From NCBI GenBank assembly GCA_049515895.1, contig JBEKTQ010000005.1:1-64000 (forward strand): 64,000 nucleotides of DNA, given 5' to 3'. The stretch comes from Candidatus Bathyarchaeia archaeon. GTDB lineage: Archaea; Thermoproteota; Bathyarchaeia; Bathyarchaeales; Bathycorpusculaceae. The position numbers and the translations under genes are program-made. Below, one piece after another: positions 29,638 to 39,700 of the stretch; the first letter of the stretch is position 1, and the number at the start of each line of letters is the position of its first letter. Under the pieces are notes generated by a model, which worked only from the letters and a program-made list of their open reading frames with translations, was not told where the DNA came from and did no database searches.

Positions 29638-30385
29638 ATCAATCGTTGAAATTCGTGATGTCAGCGTCAAATACTCTAACGGAGTTACTGCTCTTGATGG
29701 CATAACATTAGATGTAAACGCAAAAGACTTGATTGCACTTATAGGACCCAATGGCGCTGGAAAGTCAACACTTCTAAAAGTAATCCTAGGGTTAATTAAA
29801 CCCGCTACTGGCTCAATCAAACTCTTCGGATCCCAAGAGTTAAGTAAAAACCTCAAATACGTAGGCTACGTTCCACAAAGCGCACAAGCTCGAGACCCAA
29901 ACCTACCATTTAGCGTTTATGAGACAGTCATGCTTGGAAGAACTCCCATAATGGGGCTATTTCACGGAACTGGCAAAGAGGATAGGGAGAAAGTTGAAGA
30001 AACTCTAAAACTATTCGGCATTTACGAACTTAGAGATCGAAAAATAGGTCAACTCTCAGGTGGCCAGTCGCAACGCGTTTTTTTGGCTAAGGCCATGGTG
30101 GCTGAACCCAAACTGCTCTTGCTTGATGAGCCTACAAGCGGAGTAGACACCACATCAAAAAAAGAGTTCTATAACACTCTCGATCGGTTAAATAAGGAGC
30201 AAGGAATAACGGTCATTTTGTCGTCCCACGACATTGGCGTAATAACAAAGATTGCTAACAGGGTTCTTTGCATCAACCGTTCACAATTCTTCTGTGGTGA
30301 AAACGAAGACTTTGCAGCCGACGTTGAGATTCACAAAATTTATGATCACCCAGTGGAGTTAATGGAACATGATGATCACCCTTGA
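29624..30385 (+). CDS. Metal ABC transporter ATP-binding protein (ZnuC-like)
   Basis: GPNGAGKST, LSGGQ, LLLDEP, SSHD. Confidence 0.93.
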   Translation: METAKSIVEIRDVSVKYSNGVTALDGITLDVNAKDLIALIGPNGAGKSTLLKVILGLIKPATGSIKLFGSQELSKNLKYVGYVPQSAQARDPNLPFSVYETVMLGRTPIMGLFHGTGKEDREKVEETLKLFGIYELRDRKIGQLSGGQSQRVFLAKAMVAEPKLLLLDEPTSGVDTTSKKEFYNTLDRLNKEQGITVILSSHDIGVITKIANRVLCINRSQFFCGENEDFAADVEIHKIYDHPVELMEHDDHP

Positions 30386-31211
30386 TGTCTTGTCGCTTCT
30401 TCAAGCACCATTCATCCAACGCGCCTTCGTTATCAGCATAATTATCGCAGTTCTCAGTTCGATACTTAGCGTTTTCATTGTTTTAAAGAAAATCTCGTTA
30501 ATCGGTGATGGACTGTCGCACACGGCCTTCGGGGGGTTGGCCCTTGGGTATTACGTGAGCATTTTTCCTTTGTGGATTGCAGGAATAACGGTTGTATTAG
30601 GTTCCATTGGAATCAACAAGGCATTACGATCCACCAAGATTTCCGGAGACGCGGCAGTCGCGGTTTTCTTACAACTGGGCTTAGCTGGAGGCATAACATT
30701 ACTAAGTCTTGCCCGGGGTTTCGGCGTTAATCTTGAAAGCTTGCTTTTCGGCAGCGTCCTTGTCGTAGACAACACCCAAATCATAACCGCCGCAATCGTC
30801 GCAGCCGTCACTTTAACCATTATTTTTCTGTTCTTCAAGGAAATGGTTTACATAACATTCGATGAAACCCAAGCCCGAGCCGCAGGAATCAAAACCTGGG
30901 TTTTTGACTATCTTCTAAGCATTCTATCAGGCATCGTCGTAATAATAGCAATACCCATAGTAGGCATTCTTCTAATTTCATCTCTTCTTGTTCTTCCCGC
31001 ATTGATAAGCACTCAAGTCACACAGTCCTTCAAACAAACGGTTATACTTGCTCCAATAATCGGGTTGATAACAGTAATAATAGGAATACTCTTATCAGTC
31101 ATTATAGACGCCGCTCCAGGAGGAACAATTGTTCTTACAGGTTTGGCAATTCTCGCAATCGTATTCGTAGCTAAAAGAATAGAAAGCAACGCTAAGCCAA
31201 AAGTAAAATAA
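30369..31211 (+). CDS. Metal ABC transporter permease (ZnuB-like)
   Basis: GDGLSHTAFGG, LFGS, TFDE..ARAAG, GILLISSLLVLP. Confidence 0.92.
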   Translation: MMITLDVLSLLQAPFIQRAFVISIIIAVLSSILSVFIVLKKISLIGDGLSHTAFGGLALGYYVSIFPLWIAGITVVLGSIGINKALRSTKISGDAAVAVFLQLGLAGGITLLSLARGFGVNLESLLFGSVLVVDNTQIITAAIVAAVTLTIIFLFFKEMVYITFDETQARAAGIKTWVFDYLLSILSGIVVIIAIPIVGILLISSLLVLPALISTQVTQSFKQTVILAPIIGLITVIIGILLSVIIDAAPGGTIVLTGLAILAIVFVAKRIESNAKPKVK

Positions 31212-31235
31212 TCAATTACCAAAAAAAAGGGAGTT

Positions 31236-31808
31236 TTAGTAGTTTTCGACCCAAACTTCAAAGTAAGCTCTCGGATGAGCACATACCGGGCATTTTTCGG
31301 GCGCTTCATTGCTTTCGCAAACGTAACCGCAGTTTCGGCACTTCCATCGGATTGGCTCATCCCTCTTGAAAACTTTGTTTTGTTGCACGCTTTCAAGTAG
31401 CTTGTTGTACCTTCGTTCATGGTAGGATTCGACTTTTGCCACCATGTGGAAAGTTGCGGCAACATCCTTGAAGCCTTCCTTAGCCGCTACGTCTGCAAAA
31501 TTCGGGTAAAGTTTGCCCCACTCGAGTTTTTCGCCTTCAGCAGCAGCCTTGAGATTTTCAGCGGTTGAAGCGATCATGCCACCTGGGTAAGTGGCTTTGA
31601 TTTCGACCATTCCGCCTTTGAGATGTTTAAAGAATAGTTCCGCATGCTCTTTCTCGTTGGCTGATGTTTCCTCGAAGATCGCGCCGATCTGCTCATATCC
31701 TTCTTTTCGCGCTACGCTGGCGAAGAACGTGTATCGGGTTCTTGCTTGCGATTCGCCTGCAAACGCGGCTAAAAGATTCTTTTCTGTTTGGCTACCGACA
31801 AAATCCAT
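31236..31808 (-). CDS. rbr: Rubrerythrin
   Basis: AFAGESQA, EKEHA, E..HE, C-terminal CRNCG...CPVC rubredoxin domain. Confidence 0.95.
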   Translation of the reverse strand: MDFVGSQTEKNLLAAFAGESQARTRYTFFASVARKEGYEQIGAIFEETSANEKEHAELFFKHLKGGMVEIKATYPGGMIASTAENLKAAAEGEKLEWGKLYPNFADVAAKEGFKDVAATFHMVAKVESYHERRYNKLLESVQQNKVFKRDEPIRWKCRNCGYVCESNEAPEKCPVCAHPRAYFEVWVENY

Positions 31809-31917
31809 AGTTTTACACTCCTCAACAGAATTATTTTGCTTGGGACAGATAAAAAGGGTTCCCTGAGACCTGTTTTAACAAAGTATAGCCTTTTATCTGC
31901 GTTGAACTAAATTAGTT

Positions 31918-31988
31918 GTTGCCGGATGATGAGAAGGCATTAGCTTGACATTATTTGGATGAAAGTTCAGAGTTACACGGACGGCAAC
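31918..31988 (+). ncRNA. Box C/D methylation-guide sRNA (dual guide)
   Basis: 7-bp terminal stem GTTGCCG/CGGCAAC; box C ATGATGA 31926-31932; D' TTGA 31945-31948; C' TGGATGA 31956-31962; D CGGA 31978-31981; TATA-like TTTTATCT at 31891. Confidence 0.8.
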
Positions 31989-32463
31989 GGATGATTAACT
32001 ATCATCATTTTGACAACTGGTGTCTTGATGTTTTTGGTTACTCATACATTTATTACGGACCTAAATTAATTTCTTGCAGAACAACTAATTTCTTGGAGGA
32101 AGTTGTGCGGGTGACATCTCCGCTTGGGGCAGGACTGAAATTCCATCGATTATATTTCTGCTAAATAATGGTATAAAACTGGTGACGAAGAAGCATTGTC
32201 GCCTGCGTGCTAATACAGAAAAGGATTCAGCAGGCACCACAAGTAAATTATTGTATCAATATATAAATCTGGTTTAAATGCTTAAACTCGCCTAGTTGTT
32301 ACTTGGGGAAGTAAGTTGGAAGTACAATATGCGTGCTTCAATGAATTCCTCGATCAGATGCCGCCTGCAATGGGCCAGAGAATACTCAAAACTGAATCAG
32401 CGTCATTTGTTTGCAAACCCGCCTTATCGATGCTCACAAAACGTTTTCTTAATTGCCATGATT

Positions 32464-34020
32464 CTATGGGGCTTTCGAGACCTCAGCTTGATCAATGCTG
32501 ATTCCTCGCCATTTAATCCTAAAGTTAAGTGCCACCAGCACATTGGCTGAATCATCTATTCCTTCTTCTTCGATGATTCTTGCTGCCTCCTTTAGTGACA
32601 GCCTATCCGCTTGGCTAAGGGCTTCTTTGATTCTTCTTCCAATTTGGAAAAGCTTTTCATCACTAACCAAAACATCAGCCAACGCGACATAGCCGAAAGG
32701 AGGATTAGCAATCAAGAAGGCTCTCGCAGCTTCTTCAGAGACGCCAATTCTCTTTGCGAAATCGCCAAAAGCAACTAGGGGTTCAGTAAATTTGATGGGC
32801 AACCCCTCCAGAATCTTTATCTCCTGAGATTTGACTTCCTCGAACTTTGTTTCTAAATACCTCAGGATTGGAGCCAAAGGAATTTTGCGGCAATAATAAA
32901 TCAAATCAAGCTGGGGGCGTTTTTCCAAGGCAGAGAGTTTTTCGCATGCCAAAGCCTCATTGACCAACAGAAGCATTTTTTCCTCCACTTGCTTTAGCTT
33001 TTCAATCTTCCTTAGCAGGTATTCTTTTGTCCAGAAACCAACAATTTCCAAGTAAATTCTGATGCCGGCTTTTTCAAGGGAGAAATCTGGGAGCATTATT
33101 TGTTTTCCAGCAGTTACAGGTTCAGGTTCCCTTTTCAACGTCCAGCCTGAAGATAGGGCTTGAAACTGGGAGGCGAAATCCGCTTCAATGGAACTATCGT
33201 AAGTTATAGTCGGAATGCACGGTTTTTTTAGCAGTGAAGCATGTTTTTGGCGTTCAATTTTAAAGTCGCAAATTTCATTTGTGAATCGCCAAAGAACTTT
33301 CGCTTTAACAATCCATTCGGAGTTTGCGACGATGACGGGTATAAGCTTGGCTATCCCCACTCCATACCTTCGAGTTAGCTTGAACAAGCTAGCCGGACCA
33401 TCTATTTTCACCCACACACCATTATCTTTGCTAACTTCATAGATTAACCCAAACTTTTTTACAGTGCGGAAGATGCCTTGCCAGTTGCCAGAGGCTGTAA
33501 AACTTAGTTCTGTGGCATCAAAAAGTAGCGTCTGGGTTAAACCCAAATTGTACTCTCCTATCAACTCAGAGGCTGAAGGCACTGTAAATTTTTCAAGAAC
33601 TAATTCGCCGTCCAAATCAGAATAAAAATCCTGCTCAACATCCTCCGCCGAGAGAGCCAACTCCGAAGCTACAAACTCTATTATTTTCTGTCGCTTCTGA
33701 GAAGTCGTAGGCAAGCCAAACCGTTCGGTAACTTGAAATATTCTTCTCCTTAGCTCAACTGGGTCAACTTTGCTGTGGCAGATGAAGGTGCTTTTTCGAT
33801 CAAGCAGCAAGGACAAAGCCCTAACAAAGCGGTACTCGTAACCTTTTTCTTCGAGCTCAGCCACCAAGGCTTTTAGGGTTTTCTTTTTTTCTCCAATATG
33901 CGTCTTATACGCTTCAATGAGGAAGTGCGCCGCCTTTTCGTTACTGCTGGAGGGTTTAGCGTAGCGAGGCGAAATCTCGCCTTTTCTCTTCCAGACTAAA
34001 AGCAAGTCACTTGGAAGCAT
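32464..34020 (-). CDS. DUF790 / Bax1-family endonuclease
   Basis: MLPSDLL start, YNLGLTQTLLF, DGPASLF..T.RYG, YDS..E, REPEP, PDF, EIVGFWT. Confidence 0.9.
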   Translation of the reverse strand: MLPSDLLLVWKRKGEISPRYAKPSSSNEKAAHFLIEAYKTHIGEKKKTLKALVAELEEKGYEYRFVRALSLLLDRKSTFICHSKVDPVELRRRIFQVTERFGLPTTSQKRQKIIEFVASELALSAEDVEQDFYSDLDGELVLEKFTVPSASELIGEYNLGLTQTLLFDATELSFTASGNWQGIFRTVKKFGLIYEVSKDNGVWVKIDGPASLFKLTRRYGVGIAKLIPVIVANSEWIVKAKVLWRFTNEICDFKIERQKHASLLKKPCIPTITYDSSIEADFASQFQALSSGWTLKREPEPVTAGKQIMLPDFSLEKAGIRIYLEIVGFWTKEYLLRKIEKLKQVEEKMLLLVNEALACEKLSALEKRPQLDLIYYCRKIPLAPILRYLETKFEEVKSQEIKILEGLPIKFTEPLVAFGDFAKRIGVSEEAARAFLIANPPFGYVALADVLVSDEKLFQIGRRIKEALSQADRLSLKEAARIIEEEGIDDSANVLVALNFRIKWRGISIDQAEVSKAP

Positions 34021-35370
34021 CTATGCTGCTCCTCCAATTTTTTGGTGACGCCTTCGACTCGTTCCCACTTCCATAGTTTCTTTGGAGATTAATTCTATTA
34101 GTCGGGCTATTTTGCCTTCTTTCTTTCTAAGCAGTCGTCCGAGTCTTTGAACATATTCTCTATTGCTCCCCGTTCCACCCAAAACTAAACCTACTGACGC
34201 ATCGGGCACATCGACACCCTCATCCAAAACCTGAGAAGTGACAACAACGGGGTATTTGCCGTTCCCAAAGTTTGATAATATTTCTCGCCGTTCTTCCCTG
34301 GGAGTCTGATGCGTTATCGCCGGAACCAAAAAGCGTAGACTAATCGTGTAAACTAGGTCGTTGTAAAGGGTGAAAATCAATATTCTCTCATTTTTGTAAG
34401 TCTCAAGCTGTTGGGCTAGCACATCTAATTTTGCCTCTGAGTTGACTGCAACTCTTATGGCTCGATTTCTTGCAAGTAGCGCTTCACGTGCTTTGGGATC
34501 TCTTCCCGTAATCATTATGAATTTTTGGAAGTCAGCCGGACTCTTCAGGGTAATTCTTCGCTGTCGAAGAAAACTTCTAAAGATCTCCATCTGGGAGTCG
34601 TAGATTTGCTGTTCTTGAGGTGTTAGTTCAACTGATATTTTCTCGTAAGTGTAGGGTGATAGGTGTTCTCCTGCAAGCTTTTCCACACCAACTGAATACA
34701 CCGGGTCTCCAATGAGTTGAGAAAGCAAAGAGTGTCTCTGATCGCTTCTTTCGTAAGTGGCCGTTAAGCCCATGCGGTATGGTGCAGTGAACATTTCGGC
34801 TATCTGCATATAACCTGTGGAAGCTAAATGATGTACTTCGTCGAAAACTAATAGCATGAACTTGTTGCCAAGCTGTTCCGCGTGTATGTAGGCTGAATCA
34901 TAAGTTGTAACAGTTACCATCCGCAAAGTGTTTTCGCCCCCACCGACAACACCCACTTCCAAGTTAAGGCAGTCCTTAACACGTTTTCTCCACTGATCAA
35001 TTAGATCCAATGTGGGAACCACAATCAACGTCTGCACTTTCAAGTGTTCAATTGCTTTTAATGCGATGAAAGTCTTTCCAGCTGCAGTAGGCAACACCAG
35101 AGCTCCTCGGTTGCGTGCTCGGTACCAATTGTCTAAAGCCTCATTTTGGTAATCTCTAAGCGCAACGCTACTTTTGAGCTGCTCAAGTGGAGGACGCACT
35201 GGAACATCATCTTGTAACTGAAATTTGCTTTCAGCCAAATACTCCAAAACGTCTCTGTAATGGTATGCCTTAATTCTGTAGCAGCCTACTCGTGGGTCCC
35301 ATTTTCCATATGGCGTCCCCACTTCGCCCTTCAAAAGAAGTGTACCTCTGTCAAACCATAAACGAAGCAT
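34021..35370 (-). CDS. XPB/Rad25-like SF2 helicase
   Basis: LRDYQ, LPTAAGKT, DEVHH, GLTAT, DEGVDVP, QRLGR; abuts Bax1 gene. Confidence 0.93.
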   Translation of the reverse strand: MLRLWFDRGTLLLKGEVGTPYGKWDPRVGCYRIKAYHYRDVLEYLAESKFQLQDDVPVRPPLEQLKSSVALRDYQNEALDNWYRARNRGALVLPTAAGKTFIALKAIEHLKVQTLIVVPTLDLIDQWRKRVKDCLNLEVGVVGGGENTLRMVTVTTYDSAYIHAEQLGNKFMLLVFDEVHHLASTGYMQIAEMFTAPYRMGLTATYERSDQRHSLLSQLIGDPVYSVGVEKLAGEHLSPYTYEKISVELTPQEQQIYDSQMEIFRSFLRQRRITLKSPADFQKFIMITGRDPKAREALLARNRAIRVAVNSEAKLDVLAQQLETYKNERILIFTLYNDLVYTISLRFLVPAITHQTPREERREILSNFGNGKYPVVVTSQVLDEGVDVPDASVGLVLGGTGSNREYVQRLGRLLRKKEGKIARLIELISKETMEVGTSRRRHQKIGGAA

Positions 35371-35675
35371 AACACTGAATCTAATTCTCACCAATTAAAC
35401 CTATATTAGAAACAGTAAGCAGTAGTGACGCAATTTTTATTCTACGTTTGCGACATTGTTTTTTGAATGCTAAAATCGCGTGTTTTCGTGTCTTTCTGAA
35501 TGCAATTATCCGCCTGTGGCGCAATTGCTCTTTGTCGCTTCATGAATTACTATCTCGACTGCTTCCTAGGGGAACGTCTAACTCTAAAAACTTTAGTTGT
35601 TCCTTCAGCAGTTTTTTTCTTGTTCTCATGGTTCGAATGGTTAATTTACTGCCTTGGGCATCGCTTGAATTGCAC

Positions 35676-36170
35676 TCAATTTATGCAGATGATTTCCAAG
35701 AGTTTGTTTTCTGTGAAGATGTCTCCATTGGCTTCTTTATTTGCTGAGTAAAGTACCCTTAGTTTAAATTGTTTATTTTTGCTTTTTATCTTAATTAGTG
35801 CCTTAAGCAAGGGCTTTTCTCTGTCTGTGAATTTCCTGATTCTTAATGCGTTTTTCAAACGTGTTTCTATTACATTTTGTTCAGTGGTTTGAATAATAAT
35901 CGAGACGAAAGCTAAGAAAATCACGGTGAGTGTCAAAAGTGTGAATACTTTATCTGTGTTGGTTGAGGTTATGAAGTTCAAAACCTCAACAATTGTAAAT
36001 GAGACTCCTACTGAGAACAATAAGGCTCCTTTCCAATTTGAGAAAATGTCTTGGGGTCTGATTACTTGTTTTTCATTTTCATCAATCCAATTAACAAGTT
36101 CAAGGATTTTATCCTCAGGTTGTTTAGGATTCTGTAACAAGTCCCTTTGCAGATTTTCTTTATCAGTCAT
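35676..36170 (-). CDS. Hypothetical 2-TM membrane protein
   Basis: 164-aa AT-rich ORF with two hydrophobic helices. Confidence 0.6.
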   Translation of the reverse strand: MTDKENLQRDLLQNPKQPEDKILELVNWIDENEKQVIRPQDIFSNWKGALLFSVGVSFTIVEVLNFITSTNTDKVFTLLTLTVIFLAFVSIIIQTTEQNVIETRLKNALRIRKFTDREKPLLKALIKIKSKNKQFKLRVLYSANKEANGDIFTENKLLEIICIN

Positions 36171-36791
36171 ATTTACCCCTGAGAAGCTATTCTATTCTGA
36201 ATGGCTTTAAGTTTTTGCGCGACGCTCCTGAACAAAGTCGGCCTATATTTTTCCGTAGATTCTACAGTGAGGATGCTTCCTTTCTTAAATGGGCCGAAGA
36301 CGCATTCACGCATGAATGGGAGAAAGCAAACGCCTGCCCACCCACAAGGATTACCATAGAGTCATAACTTTTGGTTGAACCCAACCTATAATTAGAGCAT
36401 GTTTATTCTGAACTACAATTGAAGTATGTGTATAAGATAAGCTGCGAAAATCGTTACCGATGAGGGCAAAACGACTGCATGACCATTTTGGCCCACACTG
36501 ATTCATTGAATGGCCATGTGCTGATCTACTGCAGATCTCGTCGAATGTTATCAATTGCAACCAGCTCGTTAACTAAGGAGGATTCTAAATGACTTTCACC
36601 TGTCGATTCAATCATTTCCATCACGCGGCTGTGCCTCTTCCTAACCCAGGTTAGCGCTCATTGTTTAGCAGTTGCCAGCTTAATCCTTAAGGCAAAGAGT
36701 GAACTTAGAAATATTTCTAGCCCAGTGAAACATCCTATGAAAGTGCAGGCTATGCGACAGCTATACGGTGTTGTCAATCCAAAATTGCCGT

Positions 36792-39700
36792 TTATTTAAC
36801 CGTAACCGAAGCAGTAGCAGCTGAAGTCACCTGAGCATTCGTAAGGTCAGTAACCACCAGCTTAAAGGTGAAGGAACCGGTTGCGGTGGTAACGTAGTCA
36901 AAGGCAGCCGTGGTCGCACCCGAGATGGCCGAGTAAGCGCCACCGGAGCTGATCATCCATTTGTAAGTGTACCCACCTGAACCAGTTGAAACGGCTGTGG
37001 AAGTCAAGTGAACCGTCTGCCCTAGATTTACCGTGACCGGAGAGGCTGAGGCAGTTGGAGCAACCAAGGCAGAATTCACAGTAACAGAAACCGCGTTAGA
37101 AGCGGAAGTTACCGGAGTAGAAGCACTATCAGTCACTTTACAAGTAATCGAATGCGAAGTTCCAGCAGCAGTATAAGAATAGCTTGCACTATTAGCGCCT
37201 GAAACTGCAGAGCCAGCCAGGTACCACTGATAACTCAGCGTTCCCGTGCCGCCACTAGCCGTAGCCGTAAATATCTGCACCTGACCAGCATCCATAGTAA
37301 GCGGACCTACAGGAGCGATACTCACAGTCGGCGAAGCAGCCACGGTAATTGTAACAGCGTTAGAAGCAGGAGAAGTAACCGGCATAGAAGCACTATCAGT
37401 CACCATGCAAGTAACCGAATATGAACCAACGGACCCGCTGAAAGAGTGAGTCGAAGCTGTTGCACCAGAAACAACAGACCCGGACAGATACCACTGATAA
37501 TGAATAGCACCTGAGCCGCCGCTGACAGTAGCCGTAAAAGTCTGAACCTGACCAACATCCAAAGTAAAAGGACCAACAGCGGCAACACTTACAGTCGGTA
37601 AAGCAGCCACTGTAACCAAAGGAGTATTTGATTGAACAGTAAACGGTGTGGAAGCACTGTCAGTCACCTTACAGTAAATTGTGGGTGAACCCGCTGAAGA
37701 TGTTGTAAAACTGTAACTTATGCCTGTTTGACCTGAAACAGCAGAACCATCAAGATACCATTGATAAGACAAGGAACCTGAACCGCCAGAAGCTGAAGCA
37801 GTAAACGTCTCAGATTGACCCACATCCATAGCCAAAGAAGAAGGCGACACACTCACAGTGGGAGCAGAATTCACCGTGACAGATGGCGCAGCGGACTGAG
37901 ACGAAAACCCACCCAAGCTATCAGAAACCGTCACAGTAATCGAGGGAGAACCAGCAGAGGAAGGAGAATAACTGAACGTTGAGGTAGTCTGGCCACTCTG
38001 AAGTGTAGAATCCACATACCATACATAAGACGAGTAAGTGCCTGAACCACCAGTGGGATTGGCAGTAAGCGTCTCAGATTGACCAACATCTATAGTCCAC
38101 GAAGACGGCGTTATCGAGACACTTGGACCAGAATTTACTACAATGGAAACCGCTGCAGACGTGACCACAGCTGGTGCGCCAGCGCTATCAGTCACTTTAA
38201 GCTCAAAACTCCAAGTTCCAGTTGCAGTAGAACTAGAAGTGACAAAAGAATAGGTAGATGAAATCGCACCACTAATCGACAAGTAAGAAACAGCACTAGG
38301 AGCCTCACTGAACCACTGATATGAGTAGGGCGAAGTACCTGTTGATACCGCGATAGAAGTCAAACTGGCAGTCTGACCCTGATCGACGGTACTTTTGGAG
38401 GCAGAAGCTGCCGGAGCAACCAAGGCAGAATTCACCGTAACCGAGACCACGTTAGAAGCAAGAGAAGTAACCGGAGTAGAAGCACTATCAGTCACTTTAC
38501 AAGTAATTGATGCAGAAGCTCCCGACGCAGTATAAGTATAACTTGAACTGTCAGTCCCGACCGTTGCAGAACCGACATACCACTGATAATGAATTGTACC
38601 AGAGCCACCAACAGAAGCGGCAGTATACTGCAAAGTCTGACCAGCATCCATTGTAAATGAACCTGCAGGTGCAATGCTCACAGTAGGCGAAGCGCTGACC
38701 ATAATTGTTACAATGTTGGAAACAGGAGAGGCAATCGGAGTAGGAGCACTGTCAGTCACTTTGCAGGCAACAGAATGCGAAGTTCCTGCAGCAGAATAAG
38801 AATAGTTTGGACTGTTTGTGCCAACCGCAGAGCCGTCTAAGTACCACTGATAAGATGGCGAACCTGAACCGCCGCTGACAGTAGCCGTAAACGTTTGAAC
38901 CTGACCAACATCCATCGTAAGCGGACCAAGGGGTGCGATACCCACAGTCGGAGATGCATTTACATTAACTGTCGCTGGAGAAGACAGGCTTGAAGTGCCA
39001 CCTAAACTGTCAGTGACAGCCACAGTAATCAAGTAAGAACCGAAGGAAGAAGCGACAAAATTAAACGTTGACGAAGTCCCAATAGACCGAGCAGACCCAT
39101 TCACAAACCACTGATAATCTGTGTAAGTACCCGAACCGCCCCCAGCAGTAGCTGTGAGAGTCTCGGACTGGCCAATATCCATAGTCCACGAAGCAGGAGA
39201 GACAGAAACAGTCGGAGCAGAGTTAACATTAACCACTAAAGCACTCGAGTTAATACATCCTCCATTACTATCGGTCACTTGAAGCTCAAAGCTCCAAGGC
39301 CCGATAGTCGTAGAACCTGAAGTAACAAAAGAATAGCTAGATGAAGTCGCACCACTAATCGACGAGTAAGAACCAGCGTTAGGAGCCTTCTGAAGCCACT
39401 GATAAGAGTAGGGAGAAGTTCCTGTCGTTACGGCGTTAGAAGTCAAACTTGAAGTCTGACCCCGATCAATCGCGTTTGGAGAATCTGACACAGTAAGAGC
39501 GCCCCAAGGCGGGTTTACTGTAATGTTGGTTTGAGAACCAGAAATAGATGACGACGGGGTATCTGTAGCCGTAATCGACTGAACGCCAATAGTGTTCAAA
39601 GTAACACCATTCGAAAACGTATGAACACCATTATCTGACAACTGGAACGTATAGTTAGAAGGCAACACAGCAGCTGCGTCCGACGAAGTAAAATGCATCA

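Noticed and set aside
31955-32164. 69-aa ORF
   Set aside because: Overlaps the C/D sRNA, has no SD and no protein-like features.
36792-39500. CRISPR-like or diversity-generating repeats
   Set aside because: The repeats are in-frame Ig-module duplications within one ORF; no reverse transcriptase and no evident adenine-specific variation.
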